Origin: Gammaproteobacteria bacterium
Lineage (GTDB): Bacteria; Pseudomonadota; Gammaproteobacteria; Arenicellales; JAJDZL01
Direction of reading: 5' to 3'
DNA length: 64,000 bases
NCBI GenBank assembly: GCA_047517965.1
Contig: JAKZRU010000006.1
Coordinates: 8,445 to 72,444, forward strand
Below are positions 19,959 to 30,793 of the stretch, in pieces (the first letter of the stretch is position 1; each line of letters starts with the position of its first letter). The position numbers and the translations under genes were made by a program. The notes under the pieces were generated by a model. It was not told the DNA's origin and did not search any database. It saw only the letters and a program-made list of their open reading frames with translations.

Positions 19959-20324
19959 AGTATCCACTCCTAACAACTCGTAGATCCTCGGTTGCTTCAT
20001 TTCCGGAACGGTCGCTTTTCGAACATGCAACATTCGACCATCCTTACGTTCGTATACGATCGTTATGCGTTGTACGCTTTACATGATTTTACGGATTCGG
20101 TCCCAACTGTATTTGCAACCACCGGCCTTAAGGCGGTGTCGAGTCAACTGCACCAGTTGAAACGCAATCGTGTTTAACAGAAGATGATGTCGAGAATTTT
20201 GCGTATTGAAAGATTCAATCTACTTTCGGCGCTGATCCCAACTCCATGCTTTGTCCTCAAAATTGATGGCGGTATTCTCGATATACCAGTTACCTATGTC
20301 ATTGATTGCAATATCATCATCGAA
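19959..20324 (-). mobile_element. possible degraded DDE transposase C-terminal remnant (IS4/IS1634-like pattern)
   Basis: My minus-strand translation gives one frame with only 2 stops: 'FDDDIAINDIGNWYIENTAINFEDKAWSWDQRRK*IESFNTQNSRHHLLLNTIAFQLVQLTRHRLKAGGCKYSWDRIRKIM*SVQRITIVYERKDGRMLHVRKATVPEMKQPRIYELLGVDT'. The W-x-IE-x-F motif, the hydrophobic helix and the short tail resemble the ends of IS4-group transposases. I saw no terminal inverted repeats and no catalytic core. Confidence 0.35.
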
Positions 20325-20342
20325 TTATGGCTTGCACCGCAT

Positions 20343-21353
20343 TCATCTGGAACGACACACTACGAGGTTAATCATCTCGTAAGCAATGGTAGCCGCTGCC
20401 AGAGAAGTGATCTCCGCATGGTCATAAGCAGGCGAAACTTCAACGATATCTGCAGCGACCAGATTCACGCCGGCTAATCCACGAAGAATGTTTAGTAGTT
20501 CGCGAGTGGTTAGTCCTGCAATTTCAGGTGTTCCTGTTCCGGGTGCATGAGCAGGGTCAAGCACATCAATGTCAATGGAAAGATAAAGAGGGTGATCGCC
20601 AATTCGATCGCGTATTCGTTTTGCCACATGATCCGGTCCATGTTTCTCAAGTTCGTCGCAGTGGATTGTCTTAAACCCCAGCTCCTGATCGTTTTTCAGA
20701 TCATCCGGACTGTACAGGGGGCCGCGAATTCCGACATGCATGGATGCGTCTTCCATAAAGAGCCCTTCTTCCGCTGCACGTCGAAAGGGTGTTCCATGGG
20801 TGTATGGTGCCCCGAAATAAGTATCCCATGTATCTAGATGCGCATCAAAATGTACCAGCGCGACTGGCCCTTTGACTTTTTTATTTGCTGCTCTAAGCAG
20901 TGGTACCGCAATGGTATGATCGCCTCCCAGGCTGACAATTGCATCAGTGTGTTTGTTCAGGTCTGTCGCGGTCCTTTCAATTTGAAGGATTGCTTCATCA
21001 ATGCTGTAGGGATTGCATGCCGCATCCCCGGCATCGGCAACCTGAAGGGATTTGAATGGTTCGGTCTGATAGACAGGATGGAAGTTGTAACGCAGGTGTC
21101 GGGATGCCTGTCGAATGGCCTGGGGCCCAAAGCGTGCCCCTGGCCGATAACTGGTTCCGGAATCAAAAGGAACGCCAAGGATAGCTACATCACACCAAGA
21201 TACATCCCGTAGTTCAGGCAGTCGGCAAAATGTTGAGGGCCCCGCATAGCGAGGAACTATCGTGCCGCTGATCGGTTCCTTGGGGGAGTGGCTTTTTTTT
21301 ATTGTTTTATTGGTGTTTGGAGAAACAGTATCGAATTCAATTTCTGAGTGCAA
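20343..21353 (-). CDS. arginase-family ureohydrolase (agmatinase / guanidino-acid hydrolase)
   Basis: 336 aa with the Mn-binding motifs 'HFDAHLDTWD', 'SLGGDHTIAVP' and 'SIDIDVLDPAHAPGTGTPE'. TTG start. Confidence 0.88.
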   Translation of the reverse strand: MHSEIEFDTVSPNTNKTIKKSHSPKEPISGTIVPRYAGPSTFCRLPELRDVSWCDVAILGVPFDSGTSYRPGARFGPQAIRQASRHLRYNFHPVYQTEPFKSLQVADAGDAACNPYSIDEAILQIERTATDLNKHTDAIVSLGGDHTIAVPLLRAANKKVKGPVALVHFDAHLDTWDTYFGAPYTHGTPFRRAAEEGLFMEDASMHVGIRGPLYSPDDLKNDQELGFKTIHCDELEKHGPDHVAKRIRDRIGDHPLYLSIDIDVLDPAHAPGTGTPEIAGLTTRELLNILRGLAGVNLVAADIVEVSPAYDHAEITSLAAATIAYEMINLVVCRSR

Positions 21354-21587
21354 GTGTCATGTTCTATCAGAGATTACGGGAACCGTTAACTGGTTGACAA
21401 GACGGAAGTTTATATATACATCAGCTTTGAGACCCCATCAATAATAATTTTCAGTAGAGTTTAAAAAAATGGATTGCAAATGAAAGCGCAATTGCGAAAC
21501 AGCACTTTTACCTCATTATCGTGTTACAACTCACGGATTTTTTAAGAGCGAGAGATCCTGTAATATTGGGTGTATAACACAACTTGA

Positions 21588-22040
21588 TTAAGTGACGGCC
21601 TGATTTGGTTCAATCAACTTTTCTGAAAGCGAGGCAGGTTGCTTCCAAGTAATTCTTTTGAGCTTAAGAATGCCGATGTCAAGCCAGGAGATCAGGAGCT
21701 CACGCAAGTCCCTATTCAGTGGTTCAAGTTCCAATCCAGATTTCGAGAATCTGTTAATGTCAGCGTGCATGTCGATCAGAAACTTGACTCCGCTTGGCAG
21801 TGCGTTGAACTGAGTTAACAGCTTAATCCAGGGAGGGCGCAGTCTATTTCTCAGGTTTTCAAGCCGTTCCGCAGATTGATCTGCATTAACGAGAAATTCT
21901 TGCAGAGTCGCCTTCAAATTTGATTGATCAATACCGAATTCTGGTCGCGAGCAGGTGCAAAAACCTAAATCTTCCCTCATCGTTCAAGTCAAGATAAACC
22001 TGGCCTAATCCAGCTGCTCTCACCCGAGCCGATACTTCAC
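21588..22040 (-). pseudogene. internal fragment (about codons 61-205) of malonyl-CoA decarboxylase
   Basis: The ORF at 21588..21980, 'FGIDQSNLKATLQEFLVNADQSAERLENLRNRLRPPWIKLLTQFNALPSGVKFLIDMHADINRFSKSGLELEPLNRDLRELLISW', parallels residues of the intact copy. The DNA aligns to about 23390-23822, with an extra T causing a frameshift near 21945. The left boundary is approximate. Confidence 0.8.
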
Positions 22041-22531
22041 AACAAAATGGGCAACGTCAACATTGCCGATCTCAAAACCAAGCTAGAGAAACATCAAAAA
22101 GAAGTTGCCGTATTAATGATTACCTATCCATCAACCCATGGCGTATTTGAAGAACAGATTACCGATATATGCGATCTGGTTCCCTTTCCAGTAGCCGATA
22201 CGATGATGATTGAGGCAACGGAAAGCGAAGCTCGAAATAGATCGATTCTGCGATGCGATGATTCAGATTCGCAGTGAGATTGCCGATATTGAGTCAGGCG
22301 ATTCCGACATTGAAAACAATCCATTGAAAAACGCACCACATACCTTAGATTTGCTCGTTCAGGAAACCTAGGAGTTGCCTTACACAAGACAGGAAGCATT
22401 CTATCCGTTGGAGTGGGGTCTGGCACGACAATTACTGGCCGCCAGTCAACAGAATTGACGATGTTTATGGTGACCGTTATATCGTCTGCAACTGCCCGCC
22501 TCTTTCTGAGTGGGCAGAAGAAGAGAGCGAA
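22041..22531 (+). pseudogene. gcvP 3' fragment with an internal deletion of about 540 bp and frameshifts
   Basis: '[45 protein letters not shown]' matches gcvP codons from about 636 and jumps directly to '[17 protein letters not shown]...'. A 5-bp deletion follows, and TAA is replaced by GAA at the position of the stop. Confidence 0.85.
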
Positions 22532-22597
22532 AACCCGTCAGACTGAAGAAAACAGTCGACTCTGTTCGCCGTTATTGACGTAGGACACTAGACAAGT

Positions 22598-24004
22598 TTA
22601 GTGACTAACGCTTTGCTTTGCTGATTTCAGCAAAGCTTTCATTTGTGATGAATACTTGATGGTGCCGATTTCAACGTATTCTTCGTGATTTTTCTCAATG
22701 TTGCTGAGCTTGTACTGATAATTCACCATCAAGCCGAAGGAACGGCGTAGGCCGACTTCTGATCTATTGCCCAGCCAGTTGACTTGCTCTATTTCGGCAC
22801 CGTTGGTTAAATGGAAATTGGCTACGGAGTCCAACGCACCCCTATTTCGCTTTTCGTTGATCAAATAGTGGGCACACAATCGTTTGAGCAGTGGAGCCAG
22901 TTCTTTTTTGGCTTTCAGAATTTGGTAACTGCAAACCGCAGATAAATCATGCACTAACTCATCTAGGGCCTGTCGTTCCGTAGAATTGAACAACCGCGTT
23001 TCATCCATGTCTAGTAGTTTTTCCACAAATTTTCTGTATCCTGAAACAGGCGACAAAGTCGCGAAAGTCCTAAGGCTCGGGAACTCTCTTGCTAAATCAT
23101 CAACAACTCGCTTGATAAGAAAATCTCCCAGGCCCACACCTCGAAGCCCGCGTTGTGTATTAGTAATTGAATAGAAAATAGCAGTATCTGCAGTTTCAGG
23201 ATTTTCAACCGGGGCGGCATCGTCAAGCAATACCTGTATATTCTCCGATATCCCGTTTACCAAAGCCACTTGCACAAAAATTAGCGGTTCTTCGGGCATT
23301 CTGGGATGGAAATATGCATAGCAGCATCGGTCGGTATCCAGCCTGTTCTTCAAGTCACCCCAAGACTGAATTTCATGGACCGCTTCATGTTCAATCAATT
23401 TTTCTAAAAGCGAGGCTGGTTCCTTCCAAGTAATTCTTTTGAGCTCAAGAAAGCCGATGTCAAACCAGGATATCAGGAGCTCACGCAAGTCCCTGTTCAG
23501 TGGTTCAAGTTCCAATCCCGATTTCGAGAATCTGATAATGTCGGCACGCATGTCGATCAGAAACTTGACTCCGCTTGGCAGTGCGTTGAACTGAGTGAAC
23601 AGCTTAAGCCAGGGAGGGCGCAATCTCTTTCTCAGATTTTCAAGCCGTTCCGCAGATTGATCTGCATTAGCGAGAAATTCTTGCAGAGTCGCCTTCAATT
23701 TTGATTGATCAACGCCGAATTCGGTCGCGATCAGGCGCAAAAACCTAAATCTTCCCTCATCGTTCAAATCAAGATAGACCTGGCCTAATCCAGCTGCTCT
23801 CACCCGAGCCGACACTTCACCTCCTCGAGATTCAAGACAGTTCTGCATTTGCTTACGCAATACTTCAAGATCGGAATCGGATAATTCCGGCCGAAGAGTT
23901 TGCGTTTTGCCTTTCCCTTTAGCGGAGATCCTTCGCCAACCCAATGAGAAGTTGCCAAGAGTGCGGTCAATGACCGAACGAGAATCGATTACTTTAAGCG
24001 GCAT
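22598..24004 (-). CDS. malonyl-CoA decarboxylase
   Basis: 468 aa. The C-terminal 'VANFHLTNGAEIEQVNWLGNRSEVGLRRSFGLMVNYQYKL' matches the conserved MCD (MLYCD-type) catalytic-domain motif, and the helical N-terminal domain is present. Confidence 0.85.
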   Translation of the reverse strand: MPLKVIDSRSVIDRTLGNFSLGWRRISAKGKGKTQTLRPELSDSDLEVLRKQMQNCLESRGGEVSARVRAAGLGQVYLDLNDEGRFRFLRLIATEFGVDQSKLKATLQEFLANADQSAERLENLRKRLRPPWLKLFTQFNALPSGVKFLIDMRADIIRFSKSGLELEPLNRDLRELLISWFDIGFLELKRITWKEPASLLEKLIEHEAVHEIQSWGDLKNRLDTDRCCYAYFHPRMPEEPLIFVQVALVNGISENIQVLLDDAAPVENPETADTAIFYSITNTQRGLRGVGLGDFLIKRVVDDLAREFPSLRTFATLSPVSGYRKFVEKLLDMDETRLFNSTERQALDELVHDLSAVCSYQILKAKKELAPLLKRLCAHYLINEKRNRGALDSVANFHLTNGAEIEQVNWLGNRSEVGLRRSFGLMVNYQYKLSNIEKNHEEYVEIGTIKYSSQMKALLKSAKQSVSH

Positions 24005-24081
24005 GGCGGTAAATAACCCGGTCTTGTGGTTCGAAACTGGTTCCTGAATTGGTCAATAAATCAATCGTTTATAATTCCTGA

Positions 24082-24783
24082 TCAAGTCAATTCTGTTTCC
24101 CCAAAAACATTCATGACATCCGTATTGTCTAGAACGCTCATATTGATTGATGTTCCGTCAACTGAATTCAGATAAGCGATATTTTGCCCAACGTCTAATT
24201 CAGAATAGTGGAGGGTTGCAGCACAGTACGATTGTAAATCTTCAATTTCCATCGCCGTGAGAATTCCGTTGCCAATCTCCTGTCTAATTCTCTTCTGAGC
24301 ACGAACATCCAGAGCGAGCATCTCAAGTTTCACTTGCTTTTCATCTGCCAAAAGATTTCGAATTCTGAAGCCCGTTGCACCTTTGCAACTCTTGAGTTCA
24401 CTGTTCAATTTAGTAGAGAATTCTGTACCGATGCAACAAAGTCCAGCACCGGAAATGAGCAATGTAGATTGTGCGACAAATTCACTGGCTTCTAGAACCG
24501 CTTGATCAATGCCGCAATCTTCATCCAGCAGCAAATAAGAAACTTCCGCTCCAAATCCACTGCCATCCTGAATAATTTCGCGCACCTGTGCTACATTCTC
24601 AGGCGCCGAACCGATCAGAATTTTGCCAATTCCTGCACTGACCATCATTTCCAGTGGATATCGAATTCTAGGGCATTCCAACAACGCTCCAGTCAGATTG
24701 AATGTTTTTGCAAGCGGTAAGTGAGAATCCGACCATTTGCCAAGAGCAAATATGAATCCTTTGACATTCAATTTATTCGACAA
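24082..24783 (-). CDS. divergent sugar-phosphate nucleotidyltransferase-like (RmlA-fold) protein lacking the G-x-G-T-R-L signature
   Basis: 233 aa. 'KGFIFALGKWSDSHLP...RIRYPLEMMVSAGIGKILIGS...DGSGFGAEVSYLL' is collinear with the RmlA N-terminal domain, but 'LGKWSDSHL' replaces 'GGSGTRL'. Confidence 0.45.
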   Translation of the reverse strand: MSNKLNVKGFIFALGKWSDSHLPLAKTFNLTGALLECPRIRYPLEMMVSAGIGKILIGSAPENVAQVREIIQDGSGFGAEVSYLLLDEDCGIDQAVLEASEFVAQSTLLISGAGLCCIGTEFSTKLNSELKSCKGATGFRIRNLLADEKQVKLEMLALDVRAQKRIRQEIGNGILTAMEIEDLQSYCAATLHYSELDVGQNIAYLNSVDGTSINMSVLDNTDVMNVFGETELT

Positions 24784-24813
24784 GGAATTACTAGTCTGGT
24801 GTCAACGCCAGAT

Positions 24814-25698
24814 CTACCGAAATCCCATGTAAACGAAAACTGGGTCTCCATCGGAAAGCCCTTCGAATTCGGTACGCAGTCGACTTAGATCTTTCACTGC
24901 GAAGCCTTCTGTCAGTTGACCGATGGCTAGGATATCATTCTCCTGAACTTGAATGCCTCGCTCAAGCAACGAATCTCGCGTCAATAGCACAGCATCTAGG
25001 GGATGAATCAAACCTGAACCTTCCAGCATCGCAATCTTCTTTTTATCCTGATCATACATGGTAACTGAATAAGCCGAAAGCTTGTTGATCCAGTCGCTGT
25101 CCTGATCAAGCTCAAGCTCACGGCCCAGAACGCAAAATCTCACTTCAAGATTTGTGGCGGATGCTAGCGATTGATCACTCGGTTTTGGGCCGGAAACTAA
25201 AGTATCCGAAAGACGGACACCGGGAATTACAGTTTTCAGTGCCGCAAGAGCTTGCTCTTTGGTGTCCGCGAAATTCAAGTCCGCCGAGCGCACTCGAAAC
25301 AGCAATTCTGCAGCCGCCTGCATGTAAACGCCGTACGATCTATCAACGACTGCCCGCGTACCGGTAAACATGTTCTCTAGCAATATGCCTGTAAGCGGCG
25401 CTGCCATGCCATCCCTCAAACTCATGGCATGTGATGCATATCCCACATCCATGCCCCAAGTAGGTCGTAGAAGTGCGATATAAAAATCCTGTACTGCTAC
25501 TGCTGATTTAGATTCAACACTCAGATCGTTCTCAATCTGTTGATTGCGTGTAAACGCCTTGAAGATCGTCTTTGCAGCCTCTTCTACACTCGAATCTGCA
25601 GCAGACACAAACTCACCGACAGTTGAAGAGAGCGAAAGCACGAGACAAAAAATCAGGCTACAAGATCGCTTTAAGCTATGTCGATTGGACGCTAGCAA
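24814..25698 (-). CDS. hydratase/decarboxylase (MhpD/HpcG, FAH-fold)-like protein with a signal-peptide-like N-terminus
   Basis: 294 aa. It is collinear by eye with 2-keto-4-pentenoate hydratase ('...HPLDAVLLTRDSLLERGIQVQENDILAIG...'). The N-terminus is hydrophobic, 'CSLIFCLVLSLSSTVGEFVSA'. TTG start. Confidence 0.4.
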   Translation of the reverse strand: MLASNRHSLKRSCSLIFCLVLSLSSTVGEFVSAADSSVEEAAKTIFKAFTRNQQIENDLSVESKSAVAVQDFYIALLRPTWGMDVGYASHAMSLRDGMAAPLTGILLENMFTGTRAVVDRSYGVYMQAAAELLFRVRSADLNFADTKEQALAALKTVIPGVRLSDTLVSGPKPSDQSLASATNLEVRFCVLGRELELDQDSDWINKLSAYSVTMYDQDKKKIAMLEGSGLIHPLDAVLLTRDSLLERGIQVQENDILAIGQLTEGFAVKDLSRLRTEFEGLSDGDPVFVYMGFR

Positions 25699-25761
25699 AT
25701 AACTTTCGATTGGTATAATTTGCGAGAATAATGAGTGTCAATTTTGCACGTCGGGTAACAG

Positions 25762-26094
25762 ATGATACTAGTAAGCAAAGATTATTACAATGGAACAAGA
25801 ACGCCTGAATATCTTTCTTTCTGCGTCCCAGGTCTGGATAGTCATGTCGCTACCTGGTTTGCCGGCGATGGACAATGGGTGGTGACTACCATGGCTACGA
25901 TGGGCCGTACCCGCCTTGGAATGCCCGCGCCATCCTTCATTCACTACATAGTTACCCTGTATGCATTGGATATTGGGAGATTGCCAGTTTCAGGAAGACT
26001 CAGTGGACAAAACGTCTTTCAAGCGATGGATGAACGCATACAGGACACAGGTGAGAAATTGGCAAACTACTCCCTAAATCCTGCTATGACGTAG
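25762..26094 (+). CDS. short, divergent PEBP (YbhB/YbcL)-family-like protein, possibly decayed
   Basis: 110 aa. 'HYIVTLYALDIGRLPV' resembles the H-R-Y-x-F-x-L-Y-A-L-D motif. The upstream DPDAP and HW motifs are eroded, and the protein is about 40-60 aa shorter than family members. Confidence 0.35.
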   Translation: MILVSKDYYNGTRTPEYLSFCVPGLDSHVATWFAGDGQWVVTTMATMGRTRLGMPAPSFIHYIVTLYALDIGRLPVSGRLSGQNVFQAMDERIQDTGEKLANYSLNPAMT

Positions 26095-26104
26095 CCTAGA
26101 GATT

Positions 26105-26824
26105 TTGGTCGTGTCGGTTCGGTTAGTATTCGCGTTGGCAGTATGCGTACTTTTGATTTCAGGGTGCGCCAAGAATTACTCCCCTACGGCATGTGAAGCA
26201 CTTGATCCGGAATTCTACGTCGAAGCAAGCGACCCATTTGAATCCATAAATCGCGGCATCTTTAATTTTAATCTGACTTTGGACAAAGCTCTGTTCGAGC
26301 CGACTGCCAGAACATACAAAAAAATTACCAATGATGATTTGGAAAAAGGCATCTCGAATTTCTACAACAATCTGAGAGAACCGCGTAACATGACTGCTGC
26401 AGCATTGATGGGCAACCTCCCCGGGGCCGTCACTTCCGGCACGCGCTTCATAGTCAACTCGACTTTCGGATTGGCAGGTTTCATTGATATTGGCGGTGCT
26501 GCCGGGATTCCGTACAGCAACTATGATTTCGGTCATGTCTTTGGTCGTTGGGGAGTCAGGGAGGGCCCCTATATCGTTGCTCCAATATTCGGTCCCACAA
26601 ATGTTCGAGATACGGTTGGTTTTGCGGTCCACAGCCGTTACACCTATGTTGAAAAACACATCGAAAAATCTGAGCATCAGTTGATTGTGCAACAGATTTC
26701 TTTGGTTGACACGCGAGCAAATCTCCTTCCTTTTACGGACTTGCTTGAAGAACAGCTTGATCCCTATCTTTTCGTGCGAGAAAGTTATCGGCAGACTCGC
26801 CTGAATACGATCTGCAATCCGTAA
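26105..26824 (+). CDS. mlaA: phospholipid-transport lipoprotein MlaA (VacJ family)
   Basis: 239 aa with the lipobox 'LISGC', the 'DPFESINRGIFNFN' motif and 'GPYIVAPIFGPTNVRD'. Confidence 0.9.
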   Translation: MVVSVRLVFALAVCVLLISGCAKNYSPTACEALDPEFYVEASDPFESINRGIFNFNLTLDKALFEPTARTYKKITNDDLEKGISNFYNNLREPRNMTAAALMGNLPGAVTSGTRFIVNSTFGLAGFIDIGGAAGIPYSNYDFGHVFGRWGVREGPYIVAPIFGPTNVRDTVGFAVHSRYTYVEKHIEKSEHQLIVQQISLVDTRANLLPFTDLLEEQLDPYLFVRESYRQTRLNTICNP

Positions 26825-26860
26825 TCTCGGCTCACGGCCGAAAAACACTGTCATTTTGTC

Positions 26861-27682
26861 ATGGCTACGTATGCAATCGGCGACATTCAAGGACGCTATC
26901 AGGAATTTCTCCTGTTACTGGATAAAATCAAATTCTCGCCTGAAAACGATCGCCTGATTCTGCTTGGTGATCTTGTCAATCGAGGGCCGGATTCGCTGTC
27001 TGTAGTGCGCTACGCCATGGCACATGAATCGTGTGTTGACATCGTACTGGGCAACCACGATCTATATTTGCTGGCAGTGCTTGAGGATGTTGCTGAACCA
27101 CGTGAACGCGATACCTTTGCAGACGTGTTGAGCGCGTCGAAGCGAACCGAGATTAAACAATGGCTATCTAGTCAACCACTCGTTATTCACGATTCCGAGT
27201 TGAACTTCCTTGCAGTTCACGCAGGAATTTACCCACTCTGGTCTCTGGATGAAACATTGGATTATGCAGATGAAATTCATCAAATGCTGATGAGCTCTGA
27301 GAGACAGAGTCTCATGAAGCATATGTTTGGAAACAAGCCTCGTTGCTGGTCCAGCTCCCTTAATGGTTGGAAACGCCTTCGATTCATGATCAATGTCTTT
27401 ACGCGTATGCGCTACATCAAGCGTAGCGGCAAACTCGATTTCCTAGAGATGCGTACACTGGGTGAACAAAAAAAGAATCTGCTGCCTTGGTTTGAATTCC
27501 CGGAGCGGAACGAAATTGAGCCAACAATCGTATTTGGACACTGGTCTTCACTTGGCGTCTATATGCAGCCTGGCATACTGGCCATGGATTCGGGCTGCTG
27601 CTGGGGAAAATGCCTAAGTGCGGTGAGATTGGATCGCGAACCATTTGTGGTCACTCAGATCAAGTGCCAAAATAATTTATAA
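26861..27682 (+). CDS. apaH: bis(5'-nucleosyl)-tetraphosphatase, symmetrical
   Basis: 273 aa with the metallophosphatase motifs 'GDIQG', 'GDLVNRGPDS' and 'GNHD'. Confidence 0.92.
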   Translation: MATYAIGDIQGRYQEFLLLLDKIKFSPENDRLILLGDLVNRGPDSLSVVRYAMAHESCVDIVLGNHDLYLLAVLEDVAEPRERDTFADVLSASKRTEIKQWLSSQPLVIHDSELNFLAVHAGIYPLWSLDETLDYADEIHQMLMSSERQSLMKHMFGNKPRCWSSSLNGWKRLRFMINVFTRMRYIKRSGKLDFLEMRTLGEQKKNLLPWFEFPERNEIEPTIVFGHWSSLGVYMQPGILAMDSGCCWGKCLSAVRLDREPFVVTQIKCQNNL

Positions 27683-27855
27683 GCCTTTTGGCTGACCCTA
27701 CATCACTATCTGTTCCGAGACTCACAGTTTCGAGAATCATCGGATTGTATAATGACGCCCTAAGAGCCAAGATTTCTAGCAAATCACTGAATCAATGTGA
27801 ACTCGATTGCTTCTTGTATTTCTTGATGCCTGCTCATTAATGTTCTGCAGACCCA

Positions 27856-28233
27856 ATGGCCGACCAATATAAACTCCAAGTCAAAGTTGAGACACATTAC
27901 CTTTCTGAAAGATCGGACCCTGCCAGTCGACATTTTGTATTCGCTTACACCATAACCATAACCAATCAAGGCTCGGTTGGTGTACAGCTAATGACGAGAC
28001 ACTGGATCGTGACAGATGGTGACGAGAATGTGCAACATGTAAGGGGAGAAGGAGTTGTCGGAGAACAACCCCACATCATGCCGGGAGAGTACTATCAGTA
28101 CACCAGCGGGACTGTTCTTGAAACGCCCGTAGGAACGATGGAAGGCAGCTATCAGTTGATTGCCGACGATGGCGCTCAGATTGATGCAGAAATACCGAAG
28201 TTTGTGTTGACTGCAAGAGCCAGTTTGCACTAA
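27856..28233 (+). CDS. apaG: ApaG protein
   Basis: 125 aa. 'FVFAYTITITNQG...QLMTRHWIVTDGDENVQHVRGEGVVGEQP' is the canonical ApaG/DUF525 pattern. Confidence 0.92.
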   Translation: MADQYKLQVKVETHYLSERSDPASRHFVFAYTITITNQGSVGVQLMTRHWIVTDGDENVQHVRGEGVVGEQPHIMPGEYYQYTSGTVLETPVGTMEGSYQLIADDGAQIDAEIPKFVLTARASLH

Positions 28234-28245
28234 TTTGAAGCAGGT

Positions 28246-30696
<2,451 letters not shown>

Positions 30697-30793
30697 TCAA
30701 TAGTTAGGCAACTCAGGAAATATAGACTCCACAGATTCGGTTGTCCAAAACCCAATCCACAAGAGCGATTGAACAGATTTAATATTTAGAAAG

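Noticed and set aside
21588-22277. ORFs at 21588..21980 (130 aa) and 22047..22277 (76 aa) as possible novel small genes.
   Set aside because: Both are clearly fragments, of malonyl-CoA decarboxylase and gcvP respectively. They align to the intact copies in this same window and carry frameshifts and deletions.
26159-26890. 243-aa ORF antisense to the whole of mlaA.
   Set aside because: The plus-strand product has unmistakable MlaA motifs and a lipobox. The antisense product has no recognisable motif, so it is most likely a shadow ORF.
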